Shown piece after piece: positions 17,730 to 26,576 of a stretch of DNA of 64,000 nt (its first letter is position 1; every line of letters starts with the position of its first letter). Made by a program: the position numbers and the translations under genes. The stretch covers positions 109 through 64,108 of the forward strand of contig CAVTOR010000032.1 of assembly GCA_963736235.1 (NCBI GenBank), written 5' to 3'. This stretch comes from an uncultured Gammaproteobacteria bacterium. GTDB taxonomy: Bacteria > Pseudomonadota > Gammaproteobacteria > Chromatiales > Chromatiaceae. The notes beneath the pieces are model-generated. The model was given only the letters and a program-made list of their open reading frames with translations. It did no database searches and was not told the origin of the DNA.

Positions 17730-19265
17730 TCAGGGCAGCAGATTCTCGGCGCGGGCGAACTCCCTCTCCAGTCCCTCACGGCGGGCGGCCCCGTCCGTCA
17801 GGCTGAAGATCCAGATGGCCAGCAGGGACAGCAGGAATCCCGGGACGATCTCGTAGAGATCGAACAGGCCGCCTTCGAGCTGCTTCCACACCACGACCGT
17901 GACCCCACCGGTCAAGACCCCGGCGAGCGCTCCGCGCCGCGTCATGCGCGGCCAGTACAGCGACAGGATCAGAGCCGGGCCGAATGCGGCACCGAAGCCG
18001 GCCCAGGCGTAGCTGACGAGATCGAGAATCAGCGTGTCCGGGTCCATGGCGAGCAGAAAGGCGAGCCCGGAGAGCACCACGACGGAGGCGCGCCCGACGG
18101 CCACCAACTCGCGCGGCCCCGCTGCGCGTCGCAGCACGGTGCGGTAGAAGTCCTCGGTGAAGGCGGATGAAGACACCAGCAGCTGGGAGTCGGCGGTACT
18201 CATGATTGCGGCCAGTATCGCCGCCAGACAGATCCCGGCGATCACCGGATGAAAGAGCAGACCCACGAGCTGGATGAAGACCTTTTCGCGATCGCCTCCT
18301 GCGAGCGGCGGATCGAGAATCAGGATCCCGGCGAGTCCCGAGAGCATGGCGCCGACGAGGGTGATCGCCACCCAGGAAACGGCGATGCGCCGCGCGCCCG
18401 TCACTTCCGCCGGGGAGCGGATGGCCTGGAATCTCGCCAGGATGTGCGGTTGGCCGAAGTAACCGAGCCCCCAGGCGGCGAGAGAGATGATGCCAACGAT
18501 GCCCAGGGCCTGGCCGTCGGCCCCGGTGAAGAGGGTCAGCAGGTTGGGGTCGATCGATTCGATGCGAGCCAATCCGACGCCAAGGCCACCCGCTTGCGAG
18601 AATGCCGCGATGGGCGCGGCCACCAGGGCGACCGCCATCAGCAGACCTTGGATGACATCGGTCCAGGAGACGGCCAGAAAGCCGCCCACGGCGGTGTAGA
18701 TCAGGATTGCCAGCGCTCCCGCGGCGACCGCCCAAAGGTAGGGCAGGCCGAAGACGGACGCGAACAGCTTGCCGCCAGCGGCGAGTCCGGAGCCGGTGTA
18801 GATAAGGAAAAAGAGCAGAATAAAGAAGGCGCAGATGCCGCGCAGCCATCCGCTGTCGTCGCCGAAGCGGTTGGCGAAGTATTCCGGCAGGGTGAGGGAG
18901 TCGCCGTAGGCCTCGCTGAACACCCGCAGCCGCACCGCCAGCAGGCGCCAGTTGAACCAGGTGCCGGCGAGCAGGCCACCGGCCAGCCAGACGGATTCCA
19001 GTCCCGACGCGTAGGCGAAACCCGGCAGCCCGAGCAGCAGCCAGCCACTCATGTCGGAGGCGCTGGCGCTGAGCGCCGCCACGCCGCCGCCAAGGCGGCG
19101 CCCGCCGAGGATGAAGTCCGAGAGATCGGCGGTCTGGCGATAGGCGTACCAACCGATGAAGAGCACGACGGCGAAGTAGGCGCCAAAGGTCAGGGCGATT
19201 GTCAGGTCGTCTTGCGCCAAGGTCTCGCCTCCGGGGTTAGGAGATCGCGCGGGTTGTTTGGCCAC
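17730..19265 (-). CDS. putP: sodium:solute symporter, PutP-like (sodium/proline)
   Basis: Motif 'DFILGGRRLGGGVAALSASASDMSGWLLLGLPG' and a multi-TM SSS-family layout. The true start may be a few codons downstream. Confidence 0.8.
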   Translation of the reverse strand: MAKQPARSPNPGGETLAQDDLTIALTFGAYFAVVLFIGWYAYRQTADLSDFILGGRRLGGGVAALSASASDMSGWLLLGLPGFAYASGLESVWLAGGLLAGTWFNWRLLAVRLRVFSEAYGDSLTLPEYFANRFGDDSGWLRGICAFFILLFFLIYTGSGLAAGGKLFASVFGLPYLWAVAAGALAILIYTAVGGFLAVSWTDVIQGLLMAVALVAAPIAAFSQAGGLGVGLARIESIDPNLLTLFTGADGQALGIVGIISLAAWGLGYFGQPHILARFQAIRSPAEVTGARRIAVSWVAITLVGAMLSGLAGILILDPPLAGGDREKVFIQLVGLLFHPVIAGICLAAILAAIMSTADSQLLVSSSAFTEDFYRTVLRRAAGPRELVAVGRASVVVLSGLAFLLAMDPDTLILDLVSYAWAGFGAAFGPALILSLYWPRMTRRGALAGVLTGGVTVVVWKQLEGGLFDLYEIVPGFLLSLLAIWIFSLTDGAARREGLEREFARAENLLP

Positions 19266-19324
19266 GCCAAGGCCGGTAGTTTAGTTGCCTCTCGTACGGG
19301 CATCCAGGTGGCGGAGAACAGCGA

Positions 19325-19891
19325 ATGGCGGAAAGCAGGCTCAAGGGGCGCCGGCAAGTCTTTCTGGGCAAGGTCATCGACGTCGGGGTAGAGGAGGTCG
19401 AGCTCCCCAACGGTCAGCTGGTCGAGCTCGAGATCATCCGCCATCCGGGCGGTGCCGCGGCGGTTGCCTTGGACGGGGACGGTCGGGTCTGCCTCCTGCG
19501 GCAGTACCGACATGCCGGAGGCGGCTGGCTCTGGGAGCTCCCCGCCGGCAAGATTGATCTTGGGGAAGGGCCCTTCGTCACGGCCCGCCGGGAACTGGAA
19601 GAGGAGGCCGGCGTGGTCGCGGAGGACTGGACCGACCTCGGCCCAATGATTAGCTCACCAGGGGTGTTCACCGAGGTCATTCATCTCTACCTTGCCCGCG
19701 GGCTGCAACAAGCCGGCCATGAGCACGAGCGGGATGAGGTCATCGAGATCCACTGGCTCCCCCTGACGCAGGTTCTCGACTGGTGTGTCGATGGCACCAT
19801 ACAGGATGCCAAAACCTTGATCGGACTGTTCCGCGCCAACGCGCTGCTCGGCGGGCGCGCGGGACTGGACCTCGAGAGCCCGGGTTGCTGA
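19325..19891 (+). CDS. NUDIX hydrolase (ADP-ribose pyrophosphatase-like)
   Basis: Nudix box 'GKIDLGEGPFVTARRELEEEAG'. Confidence 0.8.
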   Translation: MAESRLKGRRQVFLGKVIDVGVEEVELPNGQLVELEIIRHPGGAAAVALDGDGRVCLLRQYRHAGGGWLWELPAGKIDLGEGPFVTARRELEEEAGVVAEDWTDLGPMISSPGVFTEVIHLYLARGLQQAGHEHERDEVIEIHWLPLTQVLDWCVDGTIQDAKTLIGLFRANALLGGRAGLDLESPGC

Positions 19892-19943
19892 GTCCCACCG
19901 GCAGCGAACAAGAGCCAGGAGAACCTACGCGAGGCTATCGACC

Positions 19944-20636
19944 ATGCGAATCCTCTGTCTGCAGCATGTTCCTTTCGAAGGCCCCGCCGCGATCGCCGAT
20001 TGGGCTGCCGCCAACGGTCATTCGCTGACCGTTCTGCCGCTCTACGAGAAGGCTGCATTGCCGGGTCAATCGGACTACGATCGGCTCGTCGTCATGGGGG
20101 GTCCGATGGGCGTGCAGGATGTCGACGCGCATCCCTGGCTAAGGGACGAGAAGCGGTTCATTGGAGCCGCCGTCGATAGTGGTAAGGCCGTCATCGGCGT
20201 CTGTCTGGGTGCCCAGCTCATCGCCGAGGCGCTTGGGGCCCGTGTTTATCGCAACCACCGGAAGGAGATCGGCTGGTATCCGATCGCGCTGACCGACGCC
20301 GGTCGGCGCTCGGACGCCCTCGGTTTCCTGCCGGAGCGCCTCGAGGTGTTTCATTGGCATGGGGACACCTTCGACTTGCCGCCGGGTTCGGTCCATCTCG
20401 CCTCCAGCGAGGCCTGTGAAAACCAGGCTTTCCTGCATCGGGGCAGGGTGCTCGGGCTTCAATTCCACCTGGAGTCCACGCCCGGAAGCGTAAGGGATAT
20501 TGTCGACAACTGCGGCGATGAGATCGAGGAGGCGCCTTACGTTCAGAGCGCCGAGCGAATGCTGGCCGCCGGCAACGCTGATTACCAGCGCATCAATCAG
20601 GCCCTGTACGGCGTTCTGGACCGCCTGCCCGCATAG
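19944..20636 (+). CDS. class I glutamine amidotransferase-like protein
   Basis: Motifs 'IGVCLGAQLIAEALG' (nucleophile Cys), 'FHWHGD' and 'GLQFHLE'. Confidence 0.8.
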   Translation: MRILCLQHVPFEGPAAIADWAAANGHSLTVLPLYEKAALPGQSDYDRLVVMGGPMGVQDVDAHPWLRDEKRFIGAAVDSGKAVIGVCLGAQLIAEALGARVYRNHRKEIGWYPIALTDAGRRSDALGFLPERLEVFHWHGDTFDLPPGSVHLASSEACENQAFLHRGRVLGLQFHLESTPGSVRDIVDNCGDEIEEAPYVQSAERMLAAGNADYQRINQALYGVLDRLPA

Positions 20637-20753
20637 CTGCTTCAATGCGTCTGCTTCGTTGTCGAGGTCAACCTCTGGCAGCAGTGGCGGTGACGTACTC
20701 CTTCGGTGACGATTGGAGTCCCGGGCCACCGGCCTGACCGCACTCGCCGAAAC

Positions 20754-20782
20754 GTGACAAACACCTGGGTCGCCAATATACT
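20754..20782 (+). promoter_or_regulatory. sigma70-type promoter for the tRNA-Cys/tRNA-Leu unit
   Basis: -35 GTGACA (20754-20759), 17-nt spacer, -10 TATACT (20777-20782), then a GC-rich discriminator 'gcgccc' 11 nt before the tRNA 5' end. Confidence 0.5.
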
Positions 20783-20793
20783 TTGCGCCCTTA

Positions 20794-20867
20794 GGCTGAG
20801 TGGCAGAGTGGTTATGCAGCGGCCTGCAAAGCCGTGTACCTCGGTTCGATTCCGGGCTCAGCCTCCA
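20794..20867 (+). tRNA. tRNA-Cys (GCA)
   Basis: Folded by hand. Acceptor GGCTGAG/CTCAGCC, anticodon loop CTGCAAA, T-loop GGTTCGATTCC, encoded CCA. Confidence 0.9.
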
Positions 20868-20947
20868 TTTCTTCCTCCGTGGTTCGTCCCGCCTGACCGG
20901 TAAGCGGTATCCGTCATCTTCATGGCGATACGCCGTCCAACACGCCC

Positions 20948-21033
20948 GCCCGGGTGGCGAAATCGGTAGACGCAAGGGACTTAAAATCCCTCGGCCTTTG
21001 GCCATGCGGGTTCGAGTCCCGCCCCGGGCACCA
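20948..21033 (+). tRNA. tRNA-Leu (TAA)
   Basis: Acceptor GCCCGGG/CCCGGGC, anticodon loop CTTAAAA, long variable arm, T-loop GGTTCGAGTCC, encoded CCA. Confidence 0.9.
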
Positions 21034-21410
21034 ACAAGCACAATCAGCCTGGATTTCGAGCCAGAGCGTCCCCTCCCTAGGGGGAATCCTGGGGGAAACT
21101 CCGTTGTCACAACTGACTGCACTTCGGCACAGGCAAGAAAAGCCCGCCGAAGTGGACATGGCCCCCTGAAAAGCGGCAAATCACGACGGCACCCAAGCAG
21201 GGATAGGCGACGCTTTCGTTACCGATCGCTCCGCGCGGGGAGACAACCTTGACAGTGGGCACGTATTTTCCCTCGCGCGCGGTCGCCGGTATCACGCGGT
21301 CCGCTGACATCGAACGGTAATAAATGCGTGCCATCGTTTGCAGGATATTTTCGCCACGAAAAAGGCGCTGTTCTGGCGCCAAACAGTATAGTTTCAGGAG
21401 GACGTGAAGG

Positions 21411-24400
21411 ATGACGATGCAGCAGTTGCAACCGATTGATGCAGAGAGCGAATCGGTCGATACGCCGGGACCCGCGCTCGTTTCCCTGGATGCATCCGAC
21501 GACGCCGCACCGCGCGGCGATTTCAAGTACCCCGGCATCGAGACCGTGATCCACGGCAACGGGGCGGTGGCTCATGTCATGGGGCACGTGTGCGGTGGGG
21601 TCATTGGCTACCCGATCACGCCGTCCACCGAGATCTCGGAGCTGTTCGAGGCCTTTCGCGCGCGGGGTGGCTGCAACGTCTGGGGCAAGCATCCCTTCTT
21701 CTTCGAGCCCGAGGGAGAACATTCGGCCCAGAGCGGCGCCATGGGGGCGGCGTTGACGGGCGGCAAGTACATCTCCAACGCCTCGTCGAGCCAGGGAATC
21801 CTCTACGGGCTGGAATCCCACTACGTGACCGTGGGGAAAAAGATCGGCGGCTTTGTGCTGCAGATCGCCGCGCGCGTCGTCTCCAAGCACTCCCTGAACG
21901 TCATGGCGGGGCACGACGACGTGTACGCGCTGCTGCCCTCGGGTTACACGGTCCTATTTGGCAGCAATCCCCAGGAGGCCGCCGATCTGGCCGCGATTGC
22001 CTACCGGGTCAGCGCTTTGTCGCTGATCCCGGTAGCCAATGCAATGGACGGTTTCGCGACCAGTCACATGCAGAGCGAGGCCCGCCTGCCGGAGCCCGAG
22101 CTGCTGAACGAGTTCCTGGGCGATCCGGCGGGCAGGATCAAGGCGCCGACGGTGGCCCAGGAGATGCTGCACGGCGCCAAGGGTCGGGTCTGCCAGCTGG
22201 AGCAGTACCTGGTCCGGCATCAAGGGGATATCGTGTCCGGCGATCTGGAGGCGCTGCGGGCATTTGTCGACGCCCGCGGTGATGAAATCGAAGGGGACAA
22301 TGCGGGCGCCATGATCCCACAGACCCTGCACTGGATACCCGACGAGCTGCGCGGGCAATGGCGCCGCCAGTGGCTCAATGCCCACGAACGAGGGACCCGC
22401 CAGCTGGTGCCCGCGCTGGTCGACGTCAACAACCCCGGTCTCACCGGTGGGGTGCAGAATCAGCCGGATTTCCAGGCCGGTTCCGTCGATCACAAGACGC
22501 ACTTCGCCAACGAGGTGCCGCGCTTCGTCAGGCAGGCGATGGTGGAATACGGAGCATTCACCGGGCGCTTCTATTCGCCGGTAAGGAGCTTCCTGGCCGA
22601 CGACGCCGATCACGTCATCGTTGGCCTGGGCTCCGTGACGGACGACGCCGAGGCGGTGGCCTCCTACCTGCGGGGACAGGGGAAAAAGGTAGGCGTCGTC
22701 TCCATCAAGCTGTTGCAGCCCTTCCCGGAGGGAGACGTCGTCGCGGCCCTGGCCGGGAAGAAGGCGGTGACCGTGCTGGAGCGCTCGGACGTCACCGCCC
22801 TGACCAACCTGGTCACCCAGGCCCTGTTCAAGGCACGAGAGAATGGCGATCTGATCCGCCACCAGGGAATCCCACCGATCAACAGCCTGCCCAAGATCAG
22901 CACTGGCATCTTCGGTCTGGGCGCCCATGATCTGCAGCCCCGTCACCTGATTGCTGCCTTCAAGAACATGGACAGCGCGCTCAACGTGCCATTCTTCTAC
23001 CTGGGCTCCCAGTTCTTCGCGAAGGACCCGTCGCCACGGGTCGCCGAGCTGCAGGACAGGCTGCGGGCGGCCTACCCGGAGACGGAGTTCATGGCGTTCG
23101 AGACGGAAGAAAACCCGAGCCTCCTGCCGCCCGGAGCCTTCCGGCTGCGGTTCCATTCGGTTGGCGGTTACGGCACCATCGCCACGGGTAAACTCCTCAC
23201 CGACATCTTGGCGGGATTGCTCGGCATGCATTCCAAGTCGGCCCCCAAGTACGGCTCCGAGAAGAGTGGCGCCCCGACGAACTTCTACATTTCCCTGAGC
23301 CCCGAGCCGATCAAGATCACGAACGCCGAGCTCGAGGACGTCGAGATCGTCGTCTCTCCGGATCACAAGGTGTTCAGTCACACCAGCGCCCTGCGCGGCT
23401 TGGCGGAAGATGGCACCCTGATCATGCAGTCGCACCACACCCCGATCGAGGTGTGGAAAGAGTTGCCGGCCCACGCCCGACGGACCATTCGGGACCGAAG
23501 AATCAAGCTCTACATCGTCGATGCCTTCGGCGTGGCCAAGAAGCACGCGCCCGCCCCGGACCTGGAGATCCGGATGATGGGCATCGCCTTCATCGGCGCC
23601 GTTTGCGGCCACGTGGACCGGATCGCCGCGGATGCCCCTATCGATACGCTCTTGGACAAGGTGCGCCGCCAGGTCACCAAGAAGTTCGGGGCCAAGGGCG
23701 ACGCGGTGGTCGAGAGCAACATGGCCGTCATCCGAGAAGGGCTGGAGGCCACGCGGCGGGTCGACTACCGCGATCCGGCCTTCGCCGAGGCGGAGCGGCT
23801 CGCGGCGGTGGATGGCGGCCCCGGCGTGGCGGTCTCCGCCGCCATGGTGAAGTCGGCCTGCGGCGCACCAACCTGCGGGGTCTTCGAGCGGGAGTACTAC
23901 AACGAGGTTTTGGCGGATCGTTTCTCGGACGGCACCATTGCCGAGGCCCCGGTCCTTCCAGGCACGGGGCTCTTCATGCCAGTGGCGAGCGCCGCCTGGA
24001 GAGACAAGGGCCTGTTCCGGCTTACGGTGCCGGAGTACACGGCGCACCTGTGCACCGGCTGCATGGAATGCGCCATGGTCTGTCCGGATGCGGCCATCCC
24101 GAACACGGTGCACGAGATCCACGACCTGCTGCTCGGCGCCATCTCCAGGCTTGACGTGACCGCGCAGCAAAAGACGCTCATGTCGAGCTATGTCTTCCCG
24201 CTGACCAAGACGATTCGCGACGCCTACCGCAGGCTGCCGAGCAAGGACCCCAAGCCCCTGCACGAGATCGCCGCGGAGGCCGTCGCGGACATCGACACGG
24301 AAAACGCATCCCTGCGGCGCGGCTTCGAGAAGATGCTCGAGGGCCTGACCCTCTATCCGGTGGCCAAGACGCGGCCCTTCTTCGATGCCATGGAGGGGAA

Positions 24401-26528
24401 GGTCCCGGGTACCGGCGGCCTCTACTCGGTCAATATCGATCCCTGGAAGTGCAGCGGCTGCCTGGAGTGCGTCGATGTCTGCGGACCCGGGGCGCTCAGC
24501 GCCCGGCGCCAGAGCTCCCAGGTCCTGCGCGAGCTGCAGACCCGTTTCGAGGCCCTGAGCCGCTTGCCGAACACCGCCGCGCGTTTCCATGAGAACGCGG
24601 TCAGCCCCGGCGGCGACACCAAGCGCCTGATCCTGGACCACGACAACTACTATGCCATGACCGGCGGTCACGGTGCCTGCCGAGGCTGTGGCGAGGTGAC
24701 CGCGATTCGCCTGCTCACCGCCGCCAACCGGGCCATCCACCAGAAAAAACGCAGGGACCACATTCGCGAGCTGGAGGGCCTGATCGACGGCCTCAACGAC
24801 AAGATGGGCAGGGTGAAGCACGACGACCACGACCCGGACCGGCTACAGCGCATGCGGGAGACGGTCGAGACCCTGGAGCGGCGCCTGTACCAGTTCGAGG
24901 GGGGACCCACGGGGAACGGCCCGGCGGGCGCGGCCTTCGCCAACGCCACGGGGTGCAGCAGCGTCTATGCCTCGACCTTTCCCTACAACCCCTACACGGA
25001 TCCCTGGGTGAACAGCCTGTTTCAGGATGCCGCACCCCTGGCAAAGGGCATCTTCGAAGGCATCTGCGCCACGGCGGTGGACGACTTCCGCGCCCTGCGC
25101 ACCGCCAAGCTGGACCTGGAGGATCACTACAACCCGGAGATCCACGACCGGTTCTTCCGCTACTTCCACTGGAGCCAGTTCTCCGAGGAGGAGCGAGCCC
25201 TGCTGCCTGCCGTCATCAGCATGGGCGGGGACGGCGCGACCTACGATATCGGCTTCGGCGCCCTGTCGCGGCTGCTGGTCACCGACACCCCGATCAAGGT
25301 GGTGGTGCTCAACACGGGCGCCTACTCCAACACCGGCGGTCAGACGTCCACGGCGAGCTTCACGGCCCAGGACTCGGACTTGACCCGCTTCGGCGTCGCG
25401 CACATCGGCAAGCAGGAGGACCGCAAGGAGCTGGGGCTGATCGCCGCCTTCCACCCGCGGGTATTGGTAATCCAGACCAACGCCGCCCTGCAGGGGCACT
25501 TCATGAAGAACGTCATGGAGTTCCTGACCTACAACGAGTCACCGGCGGTGCTCGACACCTACACCACCTGTCAGTCCGAGCACGGCATCGCGGACGATGC
25601 GGGCAGCCGCCGCGCCCGTCTGGCGGTAGACAGCCGGATGAGCCCGGTCTTCGTGCACGACCCGAGGCGAGGCGACACCCTGGCCGAGCGTTTCACGCTC
25701 GAGGGCAACCCCGACATCGGCAAGGACTGGGTCATGACGACCCTGGAGTACGTGGATTCCCAGGGTAATCCCCAGCTCAAGGAGATCCCCTTCACGCCAG
25801 CGGACTTCGCGGTGGACGAAGGACGCTTCCAGAAGCATTTCCATCCGGTGAACGGTGAAGGGCAACCGGTGCCGGTGCACGAGTACATCGACCTTACCCC
25901 GGAGGCGCGTCACGGCAAGGTTCCCTTCATCTGGTCCGCGGACGAGGACAAGCGGCTGGTCAAGCTGGCGGTCTCCCCGGCCATCATCGACCTGACCGAG
26001 GAGCGGCGCAGGAATTGGCGCATGCTTGAGTATCTGAGCGGGCTGCACGTGGACCGCCTGCAGGCGACCCACCGCCAGGAGCTGGAAACATGGCAGCAGA
26101 GGTGTCAGCAGTCGAACACGGAGCGTGAGCATTCCATCGACTCGATCGCCCGCGGAATGGCCGAGCTCGCCTCTGTGTCCGGCGCCCCGGCCGTTGCGAA
26201 CACCGCCACCGTGCCCCTGGCCAGCATCGCTGCGCAGACCAAGTCGCAGGAGATGCCCTCGATTGCGGATGGAGCCGCAACCCAGCCCTTGGTGGAGATC
26301 GCCGCTGGTGACATGCCAAAGTGCACCAACTGCAAGACCTGCTATCAGGATCTCAGCGAGCTGTTTGAGAAGACCAAGATCATGGTTGCGGGAGAGCCGA
26401 AAGAGGTGAGCCGGGTGATCCCCGGCGTGCTCGACAGAATCGAGCTGACGGCGGACCTGATCCATCGCGCATCCCGGGTGGCCGACGACTGCGATGCGGA
26501 GATCATCCGCTTCCACCGGCCGGCCTAA
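21411..26528 (+). CDS. PFOR-like 2-oxoacid:acceptor oxidoreductase, single 1705-aa polypeptide
   Basis: 'GYPITPSTEISE' (domain I), 'FHSVGGYGTIATGKLL' (gamma domain), 'CTGCMECAMVCPDAAIP' and 'CSGCLECVDVCGPGAL' (2x[4Fe-4S]). TPP domain 'GHGACRGCGE' and 'GGDGATYDIGFGAL...NTGAYSNTGGQ'. Extra C-terminal region containing 'CTNCKTCYQD'. RBS AGGAGG at 21397. Confidence 0.85.
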   Translation: MTMQQLQPIDAESESVDTPGPALVSLDASDDAAPRGDFKYPGIETVIHGNGAVAHVMGHVCGGVIGYPITPSTEISELFEAFRARGGCNVWGKHPFFFEPEGEHSAQSGAMGAALTGGKYISNASSSQGILYGLESHYVTVGKKIGGFVLQIAARVVSKHSLNVMAGHDDVYALLPSGYTVLFGSNPQEAADLAAIAYRVSALSLIPVANAMDGFATSHMQSEARLPEPELLNEFLGDPAGRIKAPTVAQEMLHGAKGRVCQLEQYLVRHQGDIVSGDLEALRAFVDARGDEIEGDNAGAMIPQTLHWIPDELRGQWRRQWLNAHERGTRQLVPALVDVNNPGLTGGVQNQPDFQAGSVDHKTHFANEVPRFVRQAMVEYGAFTGRFYSPVRSFLADDADHVIVGLGSVTDDAEAVASYLRGQGKKVGVVSIKLLQPFPEGDVVAALAGKKAVTVLERSDVTALTNLVTQALFKARENGDLIRHQGIPPINSLPKISTGIFGLGAHDLQPRHLIAAFKNMDSALNVPFFYLGSQFFAKDPSPRVAELQDRLRAAYPETEFMAFETEENPSLLPPGAFRLRFHSVGGYGTIATGKLLTDILAGLLGMHSKSAPKYGSEKSGAPTNFYISLSPEPIKITNAELEDVEIVVSPDHKVFSHTSALRGLAEDGTLIMQSHHTPIEVWKELPAHARRTIRDRRIKLYIVDAFGVAKKHAPAPDLEIRMMGIAFIGAVCGHVDRIAADAPIDTLLDKVRRQVTKKFGAKGDAVVESNMAVIREGLEATRRVDYRDPAFAEAERLAAVDGGPGVAVSAAMVKSACGAPTCGVFEREYYNEVLADRFSDGTIAEAPVLPGTGLFMPVASAAWRDKGLFRLTVPEYTAHLCTGCMECAMVCPDAAIPNTVHEIHDLLLGAISRLDVTAQQKTLMSSYVFPLTKTIRDAYRRLPSKDPKPLHEIAAEAVADIDTENASLRRGFEKMLEGLTLYPVAKTRPFFDAMEGKVPGTGGLYSVNIDPWKCSGCLECVDVCGPGALSARRQSSQVLRELQTRFEALSRLPNTAARFHENAVSPGGDTKRLILDHDNYYAMTGGHGACRGCGEVTAIRLLTAANRAIHQKKRRDHIRELEGLIDGLNDKMGRVKHDDHDPDRLQRMRETVETLERRLYQFEGGPTGNGPAGAAFANATGCSSVYASTFPYNPYTDPWVNSLFQDAAPLAKGIFEGICATAVDDFRALRTAKLDLEDHYNPEIHDRFFRYFHWSQFSEEERALLPAVISMGGDGATYDIGFGALSRLLVTDTPIKVVVLNTGAYSNTGGQTSTASFTAQDSDLTRFGVAHIGKQEDRKELGLIAAFHPRVLVIQTNAALQGHFMKNVMEFLTYNESPAVLDTYTTCQSEHGIADDAGSRRARLAVDSRMSPVFVHDPRRGDTLAERFTLEGNPDIGKDWVMTTLEYVDSQGNPQLKEIPFTPADFAVDEGRFQKHFHPVNGEGQPVPVHEYIDLTPEARHGKVPFIWSADEDKRLVKLAVSPAIIDLTEERRRNWRMLEYLSGLHVDRLQATHRQELETWQQRCQQSNTEREHSIDSIARGMAELASVSGAPAVANTATVPLASIAAQTKSQEMPSIADGAATQPLVEIAAGDMPKCTNCKTCYQDLSELFEKTKIMVAGEPKEVSRVIPGVLDRIELTADLIHRASRVADDCDAEIIRFHRPA

Positions 26529-26576
26529 GGTCTTCCGTGCGAGGTTCGAGCCATCTAAGGAAAACGAGGTAGCGCC

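Noticed and set aside
21954-24830. Very long ORFs antisense to or overlapping real genes. Examples: 21954-24830 (958 aa), 27324-29471, 35652-37520, 39229-40884, 40592-42139, 44361-46400, 57034-59172, 220-1299 and 9072-10139.
   Set aside because: Their translations are Arg/Pro/Gly/Ala-rich with no recognisable motifs. They lie opposite genes with strong family signatures. Long spurious ORFs are expected in GC-rich DNA because stop codons are rare.
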